Assembly: GCA_016182495.1 (NCBI GenBank)
Contig: JACPGK010000022.1
Location: 11,092-75,091 of the forward strand
Length of the DNA: 64,000 bases
Reading direction: 5' to 3'
From: Candidatus Kerfeldbacteria bacterium
GTDB lineage: Bacteria; Patescibacteriota; Patescibacteriia; UBA9570
The position numbers and the translations under genes are program-made. This document shows, in pieces, positions 49,053 through 58,051 of the stretch (the first letter of the stretch is position 1; every line of letters begins with the position of its first letter). The notes under the pieces were generated by a model. It searched no databases and was not told the DNA's origin. It was given only the letters and a program-made list of their open reading frames with translations.

Positions 49053-50688
49053 CAAAACGTTTCGGATCGAAGATCAAGATCTTGAGTTTTATGAAAAAAT
49101 ATCTGTACCACCACCCACGTTATGTCCGGATTGTCGCCAGCAACGCCGCTTAGCTTGGCGCAATGAGCGCAACTTATATGAGCGAACATGTAGTCTATGT
49201 CACCAAACTATTATTTCAATGTATCGGCCAGACACACCGTACACTATCTATTGCCAACCGTGCTGGTGGAGTGATCGTTGGGAATCCACCGATTACGCTC
49301 AAGCATATAATCCTCAAGGTAGTTTTTTTGAACAATTTTCTGAATTACAACGTCAGGTACCACGAGTTGCCTTGGCAAATAATAATTCCGAAAATTCACC
49401 CTATTGTAATTTTGGAGATGGTAACAAAAATTGCTATTTAGTCACCAGTTGTAATTACAATGAAGATTGTTTTTATGGTTTTTGGATGGTCAACAATAGT
49501 GATTGTGGAGATTTAGCCTATGCCATGGATAATCGGATGTGTTATGAACTAGTGGATTGCAATAACTGCAATCAAGTACGTTACAGTCAGGATTGTCGCG
49601 ATTGTAATGAAGCTTGGTTATTGTATGACTGTGCTGGCTGTTCGAATTGTTTTGGTTGTACCAATTTACGGATGAAACAATATTATATTTTTAATAAACC
49701 GTATGCGCCGGATGCATATACTAAGCTCGTACAACAGTACACTCAAGATCGAGCTCATTTCAATGAAGCGCTTAAGCAATTTTCTGATTTAAAGAAAAAA
49801 TCAATTCAAAAATATACCAAAGGTACTAATAATAGTAACGTTACCGGCGGTGGTATTAGAAATTCGCATAATGCTAAATACTGTTTTGAAGTGGTTGAAG
49901 TAGTTGATAGCGCCTATGTCTTCGATGGTTTGCGCGCTAAAGATTGCTATGATTTAGCTTTTTTTGATGAAACAGAATTATGCTATGAATGCCACAGCGT
50001 GATTGGTTATAACATGCAGTTTAGTACCATGTGTCGGACATCACCTGATACGCAATATTCTGATAGCTGTCATAATTGCAAAAATGTATTCGGTTGCGTT
50101 GGCTTGCGTAATAAACAATTTCATATTTTGAATAAAGCGTATTCTAAATCAGCCTATCAAAAATTACGTGCCAGTATTATTAATGATATGACAATAGCTG
50201 GTGAGTATGGTGAATTTTTCCCAGTCAACTACTCTTTCTTTAGTTATAATGAAACACTAGCACAAGATTTTTATCCATTAACAAAAAAGCATGCCGCGGT
50301 ATTCGGATGGAACTGGTTTGATGCACTTACCAAAGTCATCACCGAACCTATTAGTGTAGTTCCAGATGATATTAGGCTCGTGTCTGATGATGTTGTTCAA
50401 GCAGTGTTTACTTGTAAGCAATGTCAACGACGTTTTAAAATTATTCCACAGGAGTTATCACTCTATCGCCGCTTAGGTGTACAATTACCGCAATATTGTT
50501 TTGTTTGTCGGCAACAACAGCGTGAGCAACTGCGTAATCCGTGGAAATTATTCAGGCGTCAATGTATGTGCACGCAGACCAGCCATGGTCATCAAGGGCG
50601 CTGTGTAACCGAATTTGAAACCAACTATGCACCATCGAGTACAGCCATTATTTATTGTGAGCATTGTTACCAAAAAGAGATATTTTAA
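49027..50688 (+). CDS. Cys-rich zinc-ribbon repeat protein, array member P5
   Basis: 553 aa with about 45 Cys. It has both terminal modules and both central CxxC blocks. Confidence 0.78.
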   Translation: MQRQCVQCSKTFRIEDQDLEFYEKISVPPPTLCPDCRQQRRLAWRNERNLYERTCSLCHQTIISMYRPDTPYTIYCQPCWWSDRWESTDYAQAYNPQGSFFEQFSELQRQVPRVALANNNSENSPYCNFGDGNKNCYLVTSCNYNEDCFYGFWMVNNSDCGDLAYAMDNRMCYELVDCNNCNQVRYSQDCRDCNEAWLLYDCAGCSNCFGCTNLRMKQYYIFNKPYAPDAYTKLVQQYTQDRAHFNEALKQFSDLKKKSIQKYTKGTNNSNVTGGGIRNSHNAKYCFEVVEVVDSAYVFDGLRAKDCYDLAFFDETELCYECHSVIGYNMQFSTMCRTSPDTQYSDSCHNCKNVFGCVGLRNKQFHILNKAYSKSAYQKLRASIINDMTIAGEYGEFFPVNYSFFSYNETLAQDFYPLTKKHAAVFGWNWFDALTKVITEPISVVPDDIRLVSDDVVQAVFTCKQCQRRFKIIPQELSLYRRLGVQLPQYCFVCRQQQREQLRNPWKLFRRQCMCTQTSHGHQGRCVTEFETNYAPSSTAIIYCEHCYQKEIF

Positions 50689-50697
50689 TTTAGATTC

Positions 50698-50719
50698 CTC
50701 CCCAACCCCTCCCTTGCAA
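50698..50719. repeat. Perfect 22-bp GC-rich palindrome CCCCTCCCTTGCAAGGGAGGGG
   Basis: Seen directly, 10 nt after the P5 stop. Confidence 0.6.
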
Positions 50720-50748
50720 GGGAGGGGCGAAGGGGAGAGATCAAAAGT

Positions 50749-52425
50749 ATGACCAAGCAATGCGTCCTCTGTAGTAAAACCTTCGTCATCGAACCAGATG
50801 ATCAGGTGTTTTACGATAAAATTCAAGTACCAGCGCCAAAACTGTGCCCAGATTGTCGATTACAGCGTAGATTAGCGTGGCGGAACGAGCGCAGTTTATA
50901 TCTCCGGCAGTGCGATTTGTGTCATAAAAACATCTTGGCATTATATCCAACCAATTCTCCTTACACCGTATATTGTCACGATTGTTATTGGGGAGATCAT
51001 TGGTCGAGCTTCGATTATGGTCGAGCGATTGATTGGTCACGGCCGTTTTTTGATCAATTTGTTGAGCTCTATAGCAGTGCACCGCATGCGGCTGCTTACA
51101 ATGATAATCCAGAAAATAGTGATTACGTTAATTATTGTTATCAAGCGAAAAATGATTATTTAGTGTTTGGTTCAAATTTTACGGAGAATTGTTACTATTG
51201 TTATCATTTAGATAGTTGTAATCAGTGTGTTGATTGTTTAAACTCGGACCACTTGGAATTATGTAGCAGTTGTGTGGATTGTTCACACTGTTATAACACG
51301 CATTATGCACAGGAATGTCATAATATGCGTGATAGTTATTTCTGTTTTGATTGCCGTACTAGTGCTGATTGTTTTGGCTCAACTGGCTTGCGGAATAAAC
51401 AATATGTCTTGTTTAATAAACAACTGGATGCGACTACCTATCATAAACAATTAGAATACTATTTAGCAAAAAATTCGTCAGAACAATTAGCTGATCTGGC
51501 GAGGCAGTTACGCTATAAAGTACCACAGCGCCCGGCCATGATTACCAAATGTGAACAGTCATCCGGTGATCATTTACAAAATTGTTCTAACGCTCAATAT
51601 TGTTTTGATTCTGCTGAACTCACCAATTGTAAATATATTATTCATTGTACCCCCAAAGCGTTTGATTCAATGGATGTGTATGGTGGCGGCGTGAATATTG
51701 AACGTTGTTATGAATTTTTGACTGGCTATGGTCAGAATTTACGTTTTAGTATGCTGTGCTGGAAATCTGTATCAAACTTGGATTATTGTATGTTGACGAA
51801 TTTTGCTCATGATTGTTTTGGCTGTTTCTCTTTGAGAAACGGACAATATTTTATTTTAAATACAGCCTATAACCAGTCAGATTATCAAAAATTACGTCAG
51901 CGTTTAATTAAACATATGCAGAATACAGGTGAATATGGTGAATTTTTTCCAATTGATCGATCAATCTTTGCTTATAATGAAACTGCGGCACAATTAGATT
52001 TTCCATTATCGTCCAAAGATGTGATCGCACAGCAGTGGTCATGGACTGAAGCTGTTGCTATGATCACAGGTCAACAAACAGCCGACATTACGTCATATCC
52101 ACAACTCGCTAGGCAAACCTCAGCTGGTTTGGCTGGAGAAATTTTTCAATGTCAGCAATGTCAACGTAATTACAAAATAATTTCTCAAGAGTTGGATTTC
52201 TATAAAAAGCAAAATGTATTTTTACCGCGGCAATGCTCTAATTGTCGATTTCATAATTTATATAAACTGAGATCGGGTTATCACATTTGGCAGCGTCAGT
52301 GCATGTGCACACAGACCGGCCATGGCCATCATGGTTTGTGCATGACTAAATTTGAAACTACCTACTCCCCGAATCGTAAAGAAATAGTGTATTGTGAAAG
52401 TTGTTACCAAAAAGAGATTTATTAA
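50749..52425 (+). CDS. Cys-rich zinc-ribbon repeat protein, array member P6
   Basis: 558 aa. Its C-terminus YCESCYQKEIY and the downstream junction TAATATG are nearly identical to the P1/P2 junction. Confidence 0.78.
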   Translation: MTKQCVLCSKTFVIEPDDQVFYDKIQVPAPKLCPDCRLQRRLAWRNERSLYLRQCDLCHKNILALYPTNSPYTVYCHDCYWGDHWSSFDYGRAIDWSRPFFDQFVELYSSAPHAAAYNDNPENSDYVNYCYQAKNDYLVFGSNFTENCYYCYHLDSCNQCVDCLNSDHLELCSSCVDCSHCYNTHYAQECHNMRDSYFCFDCRTSADCFGSTGLRNKQYVLFNKQLDATTYHKQLEYYLAKNSSEQLADLARQLRYKVPQRPAMITKCEQSSGDHLQNCSNAQYCFDSAELTNCKYIIHCTPKAFDSMDVYGGGVNIERCYEFLTGYGQNLRFSMLCWKSVSNLDYCMLTNFAHDCFGCFSLRNGQYFILNTAYNQSDYQKLRQRLIKHMQNTGEYGEFFPIDRSIFAYNETAAQLDFPLSSKDVIAQQWSWTEAVAMITGQQTADITSYPQLARQTSAGLAGEIFQCQQCQRNYKIISQELDFYKKQNVFLPRQCSNCRFHNLYKLRSGYHIWQRQCMCTQTGHGHHGLCMTKFETTYSPNRKEIVYCESCYQKEIY

Positions 52426-52426
52426 T

Positions 52427-54106
52427 ATGACCAAGCAATGTACCCAGTGCAGTAAAACCTTCCACATTGATAGCAGTGATCAAGCCTTTTATGATCGCAT
52501 CAATGTTCCAGCACCAACCTTTTGTCCAAGTTGTCGATTACAGCGACGGTTATCATTTCGAGTTGAACGTAATATTTATCAGCGCACGTGTGACTTAACC
52601 GGCAAACCAATATTATCGGTTTACAATACTACTCGGCCATATCCGGTGTACGATATCGCTGCTTGGTGGACCGATCGCTGGTCACCTTTAACATACGGGC
52701 GAGATTTTGATTTTAAGCGGCTTTTCTTTGATCAATTTTCCGAATTACAAGTGGTGGTGCCCCGTCTGGCTTTGATTCAACAGCAGCCGATGGAAAATAG
52801 TGCCTACTGTAATGCCGCCAGTCGTAATAAAAATTGCTATTTGGTATTTTCCACCAATCAATGCGAAGATTGCTACTATGGCTCGTGGGTTAACAGTTCC
52901 AAAAATTGTGTCGATAATTATAGTATACTGCGCTGTGAATTATGTTATCAGTGCATTGATTGCAAAGATTGTTACCACTGTTGGTATGCTCAAGATAGTC
53001 GCAATTGTACAGACAGTTATTTCATTAAAAGTTGCATCGGCTGCCGCAATATCGCATTTTGTACAAATTTAGTCAACGCTGAATATTGTTTGTTCAACCA
53101 AGCGGTGACTAAACAGGTATTTGAAGAATTTGTGCAGCAATTGCGTGCCGCTACCTCTGAACAGTGGAATATATATCAACAACAGTATATGGACTTGCGT
53201 AAGAAAATGTTCATGCGTTACTACCAAGGAGTGAATAATGAAGCCAGCACCGGTCACCACATTAATAATTGTAAAAATTGTCGCGATTGTTTTTTAGTTG
53301 ATGCTTCTGAAAATATTCGCTATGGTGTCCATTTAGAATTTGTCAAAGATGCCATGGACTATAGTTACTGGGGCCAACAAGCTGAACAATTGTATGAAGT
53401 ACAAGCTTCTGGCTATAACATTACCAATCTAAAATTTTGCAATTTATGTTGGTCGGGCTGTGAAAATTTGGAATACTGCGATCATTCATTTTCATCCAAA
53501 AACTGTTTTGGCTGTGTGGGCTTAAAGAAAAATGAATATTGCATTTTAAACAAACAATATACAGCCACAGAATACGAACGATTGGTAGATAAAATAAAGC
53601 AGTACATGCGTACCACTAAGGAATATGGTGAATTTTTTCCGATGCAGTTAAGCCCGTTTGATTATAATGAAACCTTAGCCCAAGAGTTTTTTCCACTCAC
53701 AGAAACAGATGTACAGCAACGTGGCTGGCGCTGGAAAAATAAAGATCAAACTGATTATCAAGCGCAAACATATCAGCTACCAGATCGAATTGAACAGGTC
53801 AATGATGATATTTTGCAAGCAACGCTAGCTTGCCGACAATGTACTAAGAATTATCGCATTGTGGCGCAGGAACTGGTTTTTTATCGGCAGGAAAAATTGC
53901 TCATTCCAAGGTTGTGTCCGAATTGCCGACACTTGGATCGGCTAGCTCAACGACCAAAGTACGATACTTGGACACGGCAATGTATGTGTACGCAACCAGA
54001 GCATAATCATAATAATCGTTGTGTTAAAGAATTTGTGACACCATATTCACCGAATCAACCAGAGTTAATTTATTGCGAGGATTGCTATAAAAAGCAGGTA
54101 TATTAA
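52427..54106 (+). CDS. Cys-rich zinc-ribbon repeat protein, array member P7 (second N-terminal zinc knuckle degenerate)
   Basis: Its first ~50 codons are about 90% nt-identical to the P2 pseudogene start. It has CDLTGKPIL in place of CxLCHK and VYDIAAWW in place of YCxxCWW. Starts 1 nt after the P6 stop. Confidence 0.75.
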   Translation: MTKQCTQCSKTFHIDSSDQAFYDRINVPAPTFCPSCRLQRRLSFRVERNIYQRTCDLTGKPILSVYNTTRPYPVYDIAAWWTDRWSPLTYGRDFDFKRLFFDQFSELQVVVPRLALIQQQPMENSAYCNAASRNKNCYLVFSTNQCEDCYYGSWVNSSKNCVDNYSILRCELCYQCIDCKDCYHCWYAQDSRNCTDSYFIKSCIGCRNIAFCTNLVNAEYCLFNQAVTKQVFEEFVQQLRAATSEQWNIYQQQYMDLRKKMFMRYYQGVNNEASTGHHINNCKNCRDCFLVDASENIRYGVHLEFVKDAMDYSYWGQQAEQLYEVQASGYNITNLKFCNLCWSGCENLEYCDHSFSSKNCFGCVGLKKNEYCILNKQYTATEYERLVDKIKQYMRTTKEYGEFFPMQLSPFDYNETLAQEFFPLTETDVQQRGWRWKNKDQTDYQAQTYQLPDRIEQVNDDILQATLACRQCTKNYRIVAQELVFYRQEKLLIPRLCPNCRHLDRLAQRPKYDTWTRQCMCTQPEHNHNNRCVKEFVTPYSPNQPELIYCEDCYKKQVY

Positions 54107-54128
54107 TTTATAGTGAGTTTGTCGAACT

Positions 54129-55714
54129 ATGATTAAACAGTGTGTGCAAAGATTATCGTACCCCAACCAACTTTATGTCCGGATTGTCGGCAACAGCGCC
54201 GCTTAGCTTGGCGCAATGAGCGCAATTTATATCGCGATCAATGCGATTTATGTCACCAGGATATTATCTCGCTCTACCAGGCTGATTCACCCTATATAGT
54301 ATATTGTCAGGATTGTTGGTGGAGTGATCGTTGGGATCCCATCAGTTATGGTCGGGATTATAATCCCCAGCAGTCATTTTTTGAGCAAATGCACACGTTG
54401 CAATTACAAGTGCCTCGGTTAGCGCTGTTCAATTTGCATAGTACCAATAGCGAGTACACTAATCATGCTAGTCACAATAAAAATTGTTACATGGGAGTTG
54501 CGCTGGGCCAATGTGAGGATTGTTTATATGGTTTTTGGGTACTGCAATCGAAAAATTGTGTTGATAATTTATATTGTGAACAATGCGAATTGTGTTATGA
54601 ATGTTCTTATTGTCAAAACTGTTATCAAACCTATTGGTCACAGTATGGTCAAAATTTGCGCGATTGTTTGTTCTGCTTTGAATGCCGTGACAGCAGTAAT
54701 TGTATCGGCTGTGCCCAGTTACAACACAAACAATATTATATTTTGAACAAACCAGTCACGCCAGAAAAATTTGAGCAGGTTAAACAATTATTATTGTGTG
54801 ACCTAAGTGAGCGTCAAAAAATGATTACAGCCTGGGAAGAATTAAAACTGAAGGCACCACGTCGATTTAATCTTCAACAACAATGCGAGTCTAGTACGGG
54901 AGATGATTTATATAATTGTCATAACGCTGTACATTGTTTCAATTGTCACAATTTGGAAAATTGTAAATATATGTATGACCTGGGCAACAATAAAGATGGC
55001 ATGGATTGCTATGAGCATGGTTGGATGGTGCCGAGTGAGCTATGCTATGAAACACATGCCGGTATGGCTGGTTTCAATTTTAAATTTTGTAATATTTGCG
55101 TTGAGAGTCGTGATTTAACCTATTGCGATTTGTGTCAGCAGAATTGCGCCAATTTATTTGGTTGTGTGGCCTTACGTAAAGCCAGTTATTGTATTTTGAA
55201 TCGCCAATACAATGCTACTGATTATCAGGTATTGGTTAAAAAAATGATTAGCGACATGATTAAAACAGGGGAATATGGTGAATTTTTTCCGATGCAGTTA
55301 TCGCCCTTTGCATATAATGAATCCACTGCTCAAGAATATTTTCCGTTGCAGCGCGATCAAGTATTGGCTTCTGGTTGCCAGTGGTATGAAGATAATAGTC
55401 AATTATCCGCCGTCAATGCCCAGCCAGATGTACAGCTGTGCCAACAATGCCACAGATCATTTCGTTTAGTGGCTGCAGAACTGAAATTTTATCAAGAAAC
55501 AGGGATTCCACAACCAGCCTATTGTGCTGATTGCCGTCATCAGCGCCGTATGCAATTACGCAATCCACGCCAATTGTGGCAGCGGCAATGTATGTGCACC
55601 CAGACAGATCATAAACACTCTGGCCGTTGTACGACAGAATTTGAAACGACTTATTCGCCCGACCGAAAAGAATTAGTATATTGCCAAAAATGTTATAATA
55701 AAGCAGTGTATTAA
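54129..55714 (+). pseudogene. Array member P8 with N-terminal deletion/frameshift (possibly still expressed from GTG 54140)
   Basis: ATG 54129 encodes MIKQCVQ, then about 50 nt of the first zinc knuckle are missing and the frame shifts. The track ORF resumes at GTG 54140 (MCAKIIVPQPTLCPDCRQQRRLAWRNERNLY...). Confidence 0.6.
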
Positions 55715-55870
55715 TTCTGTTCACCAACGTTCTAAGAAATCTAAAAAATAATTCTAATATAAATACTTCCAAGTAGTGGATAAATTATTGCGGTTGAAAA
55801 AAATTGAACGAATCGGGTTAGGAAGAACTACCATACAATAACGGACTGATCTTCAGCGCCTAAGTGAAAT

Positions 55871-56617
55871 CTATGATAGTGGACTTTTTATGTTTTTAAG
55901 CTTTGGATTTGTAACATGGGTATACTGTTGGGTGGTTCTAATATTCTGATGGCCAAGCAACTCTTGAACATAACGAATATCAACACCGTTTTCTAATAAG
56001 TGAGTAGCAAAGCTATGTCTTAAGCTATGAAAGGTGGCATTTTTTTGGATCCCAGATTTTTTTAAAGAATTTTCAAAAATTTTTTGAGCACTTCTCGTTG
56101 TTAAGTTTCCGCCCCGCTCACTTGCAAAGATAAAATCATCATGATTTTTTCCGCTGCACAAATTTTTAAGATCAGCTACCAATTTTTCTGGCAATATACT
56201 CATTCTATCTTTTTGCCCCTTAGCTTGTTTGATATGAATGGTTAGTTCAGCAAGATCAATATCTTTTACCTTTAGTGCAACCACTTCACTCACTCTAAGT
56301 CCTGCGCCATAAGAAAGTGACAATAAAATTTTGTGTTTTGTATTTTTGGTTGTCTCTAAAATTTTTTCAATTTCTATTCTTGATAATACTATAGGCAAAC
56401 TTTTTGGTTTTTTAGCAGATTGGATATCAATTTTTTGGTTATTTTTCACTACATCTCGATAATAAAACTTAATTGCATTTAGAAATAAATTTCTGCTTTG
56501 CGCAGAGGTATTCTTTTGTTTGCACTCTAATAAAAAGTCTTTGATATTATCTGGCTGTACTATTTCAAAGTTTTGTTTTTTAAAGCAAAAGTATTTTTGT
56601 AAGCCATAAAGGTACAT
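55871..56617 (-). CDS. Tyrosine site-specific recombinase (XerC/D-like phage-integrase family), possibly N-terminally truncated
   Basis: The catalytic residues are in canonical order: R (AGLRVSE), HxxR (HSLRHSFATHLL), Y (RTTQQYTHV). At 248 aa only about 60 aa of the core-binding domain are present. Confidence 0.8.
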   Translation of the reverse strand: MYLYGLQKYFCFKKQNFEIVQPDNIKDFLLECKQKNTSAQSRNLFLNAIKFYYRDVVKNNQKIDIQSAKKPKSLPIVLSRIEIEKILETTKNTKHKILLSLSYGAGLRVSEVVALKVKDIDLAELTIHIKQAKGQKDRMSILPEKLVADLKNLCSGKNHDDFIFASERGGNLTTRSAQKIFENSLKKSGIQKNATFHSLRHSFATHLLENGVDIRYVQELLGHQNIRTTQQYTHVTNPKLKNIKSPLS

Positions 56618-56647
56618 TTTTACAGTTTTTGGACTATAATTTCTGAT

Positions 56648-56700
56648 GTTCAGTTCTCGTTCAGTTCTCGTTCAGTTCTCGTTCAGTTCTCGTTCAGTTC
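56648..56700. repeat. Tandem 11-bp direct repeat (GTTCAGTTCTC) x4.8
   Basis: Seen directly, 31 nt upstream of the recombinase start codon, between the recombinase and the cassette region. Confidence 0.9.
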
Positions 56701-56714
56701 GATTTAGTTGTTTT

Positions 56715-56743
56715 TGCATAATTGTTTGAAATGTTGTATAATA
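56715..56743 (+). promoter_or_regulatory. Consensus-like sigma70 promoter directed into the cassette region
   Basis: TTGCAT (56715-20), a 17-nt spacer, TATAAT (56738-43). Confidence 0.45.
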
Positions 56744-56825
56744 AAAAAGTTTTATTACGAAACAAATAATACCATCTATTCATATAATATACAATAAAAT
56801 AATTATTTTTAAATTTTTATTCGTA

Positions 56826-56980
56826 TAATAACTAGTTGTGCAAAATCGCTCCGCTCTTTGCACAACGCCTCGCGGTTCCCGCTGTTGCACTCGTCGCTCC
56901 GCGACATCGCACAACAGCGGCTAGACTCCATGTCGATCTGAACACTGCGTGTTCATCTTGCCACGGCGCCTAGCCGCGAG
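56826..56980. repeat. GC-rich structured repeat element copy A (attC-like / MITE-like)
   Basis: About 155 bp with outer inverted repeats AACGCCTCGCGG / CCGCGAGGCGTT. Nested stems are TTGTGCAAA..TTTGCACAA, CCGCTGTTG..CAACAGCGG and TGAACACtgcGTGTTCA. It ends in GTTAGGC. Confidence 0.6.
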
Positions 56981-57125
56981 GCGTTAGGCGACATATTTTT
57001 GAAAATTTGTTTTTAAAAGAGGGTGATTATAAAGTGTTTTCTTCACTTCGTTACGAAAACTATTTAAATATTAGCGGAAATTTTTATATAATGATTACAA
57101 CTTTTAATTTATAAAGAGAAAAAAT

Positions 57126-57578
57126 ATGAAAGAGAAATTTTATGAAAAATATGCTTGGGTAATTTTTCTTGTTATCGGTCTTATGGTTTTAGTAGGGGGA
57201 ATGCCCCATATGTTAGGGGTTAATACAGACCCAGCTTTAGTTGAAACCATTAGCGGACAAACAATAGATGAACTTAAATCATCAAGTCCGATGTTCTTTG
57301 ACTTATATAATTTTTATTTTAGTGGGGGAGGTTTGTCTGATGTGGGGGTTGCTTTTTTCCTGTTAGTCATTTCCATATTTGCCTATAGAACAGGTCAAAA
57401 ATGGGCTTGGTATGCTTTTTGGTTTGTCCCGGTTTACTTTTTATTTTGGATAGCCCTCAGTTCAGCCCTGCCATCCGCATCACAATCGTTGCTACTTTCG
57501 CCATTAATAGTGATTATAGTTTTAAGTCTCGCGGGATTACTCTTGCCTTTTAGAAAGTTTTTTCCAAAAAAACAATAG
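57126..57578 (+). CDS. Hypothetical 4-TM membrane protein (cassette ORF)
   Basis: 150 aa, hydrophobic, AT-rich codon usage distinct from the upstream chromosome. Confidence 0.5.
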   Translation: MKEKFYEKYAWVIFLVIGLMVLVGGMPHMLGVNTDPALVETISGQTIDELKSSSPMFFDLYNFYFSGGGLSDVGVAFFLLVISIFAYRTGQKWAWYAFWFVPVYFLFWIALSSALPSASQSLLLSPLIVIIVLSLAGLLLPFRKFFPKKQ

Positions 57579-57899
57579 ATTCGATCCAATCGCAGGAGAG
57601 ATTATCTAATATTAACCTCAAATTATGCGTTACTAAAAAAAATCAAATTACCAAAAAATTTTATAACAAATAATTTATAATTAAAAGAGATACTACCATG
57701 AAAAACATAAATAAAAAACCCACAAAAAACGAAAATAATATGGATAAATTTTTCAAAAATACGCAAGGCACGTTGCACTCTCACTCCGCTATCGCTCCGT
57801 TCGGCTCGCCTAACACAGTATATGCGATTCGCTCGTTGCACTTCGCTCTCCCATATTTTTCTCCGTTTCACTCCGCAAAACATCGCATATACTGAAACG

Positions 57900-58050
57900 T
57901 TGTGTAAAATCGCTCCGCTCTTTGCACAACGCCTCGCGGTTCCCGCTGTTGCACTCGTCGCTGCGCGACATCGCACAACAGCGGCTAGACTCCATGTCGA
58001 TCTGAACACTGCGTGTTCATCTCGCCACGGCGCCTAGCCGCGAGGCGTTA
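57900..58050. repeat. GC-rich structured repeat element copy B
   Basis: Over 95% identical to copy A, with degenerate fragments in the preceding ~140 bp. It ends in GCGTTAT immediately before ATG 58052. Confidence 0.6.
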
Positions 58051-58051
58051 T

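Noticed and set aside
41059-55714. Cys-rich paralogs as metallothionein-like metal stores linked to the nearby copper cluster
   Set aside because: The cysteines are arranged as discrete CxxC...CxxC zinc-ribbon knuckles plus conserved non-Cys motifs, unlike metallothionein CxC/CC clusters. The array is 13 kb from the copper genes and is operonic with an ATPase instead. Kept only as a remote possibility.
55871-56617. Calling the recombinase a bona fide integron integrase IntI
   Set aside because: It is only 248 aa and XerC/D-like. The IntI-specific additional domain cannot be verified by eye, so it is annotated generically and the integron interpretation is left as a hypothesis.
57623-58037. 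ORFs 57623..58009 (-) and 57822..58037 (+) with Ala/Arg-rich translations
   Set aside because: They are produced by the GC-rich structured repeat element copy B and its fragments. The same sequence is non-coding in copy A.
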